Virus record (IMG/VR): IMGVR_UViG_3300003323_000790
Span: 1 to 64,000 of that record
Length of the DNA: 64,000 nt
From: a virus
Direction: 5' to 3' (one strand)
Shown here: positions 63,594 to 64,000 of the stretch, in pieces
Layout: each line of letters starts with the position of its first letter
Position numbering within the stretch: the first letter of the stretch is position 1
Translations under genes and position numbers: made by a program
The notes under the pieces: model-generated
Database searches by the model: none
Seen by the model: the letters and a program-made list of their open reading frames with translations, nothing else
What the model was told of the DNA's origin: nothing

Positions 63594-64000
63594 AGGCCGC
63601 CTCCAAATCGACTCTGCATGTAAGCCTTGATGGTTTGGCCGCTGCTGATCACATTCTCGGGCCGCAGTGGCCGAGTGACACCATCCGGGCCAGTCACGTC
63701 AGTACCAGTGAAATGCAGCGGTGTCGGATTAACGAAGTAAATTTTATCGTTGTAGCTGAAGGGCTTGCGCACCACCGCCTCGCGCGCGACCAGGATGGCC
63801 GGCGCGTCGCCGGCGCGATGCGGTTGAATCGCTCGCCCAAGGAGGAAGTCCACCTGCGTGGCGTTCTTCTCTGGGCTCTCCACGTAGCTCGGCATGCTGT
63901 CGGCTTGCGTGATGATGCGCCAGTTACTGGTGAAGTCGCCAGAGAACTGGTAGCTCACCAGCAGCATTTCCTCGAACATGTAGTAGACGCGTTTGCGGTA
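63590..64000 (-). CDS. neck/tail completion protein (5'-truncated by window)
   Basis: Frame open to window edge; QFSGDFTSNW...IYFVN pattern. Confidence 0.6.
   Translation of the reverse strand, partial: YRKRVYYMFEEMLLVSYQFSGDFTSNWRIITQADSMPSYVESPEKNATQVDFLLGRAIQPHRAGDAPAILVAREAVVRKPFSYNDKIYFVNPTPLHFTGTDVTGPDGVTRPLRPENVISSGQTIKAYMQSRFGGGL

Noticed and set aside
1-64000. CRISPR array, tRNA, integrase, reverse transcriptase or group I intron
   Set aside because: No regularly spaced repeats, cloverleaf or catalytic motifs were seen by eye, and the polymerase and ThyX frames are uninterrupted. A covariance-model scan would be needed to exclude them fully.

Overview
This window is most of a GC-rich, lytic-looking tailed dsDNA phage genome with siphovirus-type tail genes. 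A small HTH protein suggests an Oxalobacteraceae-like betaproteobacterial host (inference). Layout: (1) 1-20.1 kb, + strand, about 50 small early/accessory genes. (2) 20.2-22.1 kb, a three-gene minus-strand island including a deacetylase-like protein. (3) 22.2-46.9 kb, + strand, replication and nucleotide metabolism: SF2 helicase and primase-helicase (each with an intein), SSB-like protein, DEDD exonuclease, MazG-like and DUF5664-like nucleotidases, PolA-type polymerase, ATP-dependent ligase, ThyX, resolvase, SbcCD-like nuclease and a DNA methyltransferase. (4) 46.9-64 kb, minus strand, lysis and tail modules; head and terminase genes lie outside the window. Nine homing-type endonuclease genes are present. 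Two observations stand out. First, a ~150-160 nt structured RNA element occurs twice, each copy upstream of an HNH-AP2-type gene. It has a covarying kissing-loop, a second covarying long-range pairing, and a stem that buries the RBS/start codon. Second, a contiguous helicase intein carries no in-frame nuclease but encodes a Vsr/DUF559-type endonuclease in the +1 overlapping frame, with its own internal sigma70-like promoter and SD. All family assignments come from motif recognition by eye; no database searches were run.
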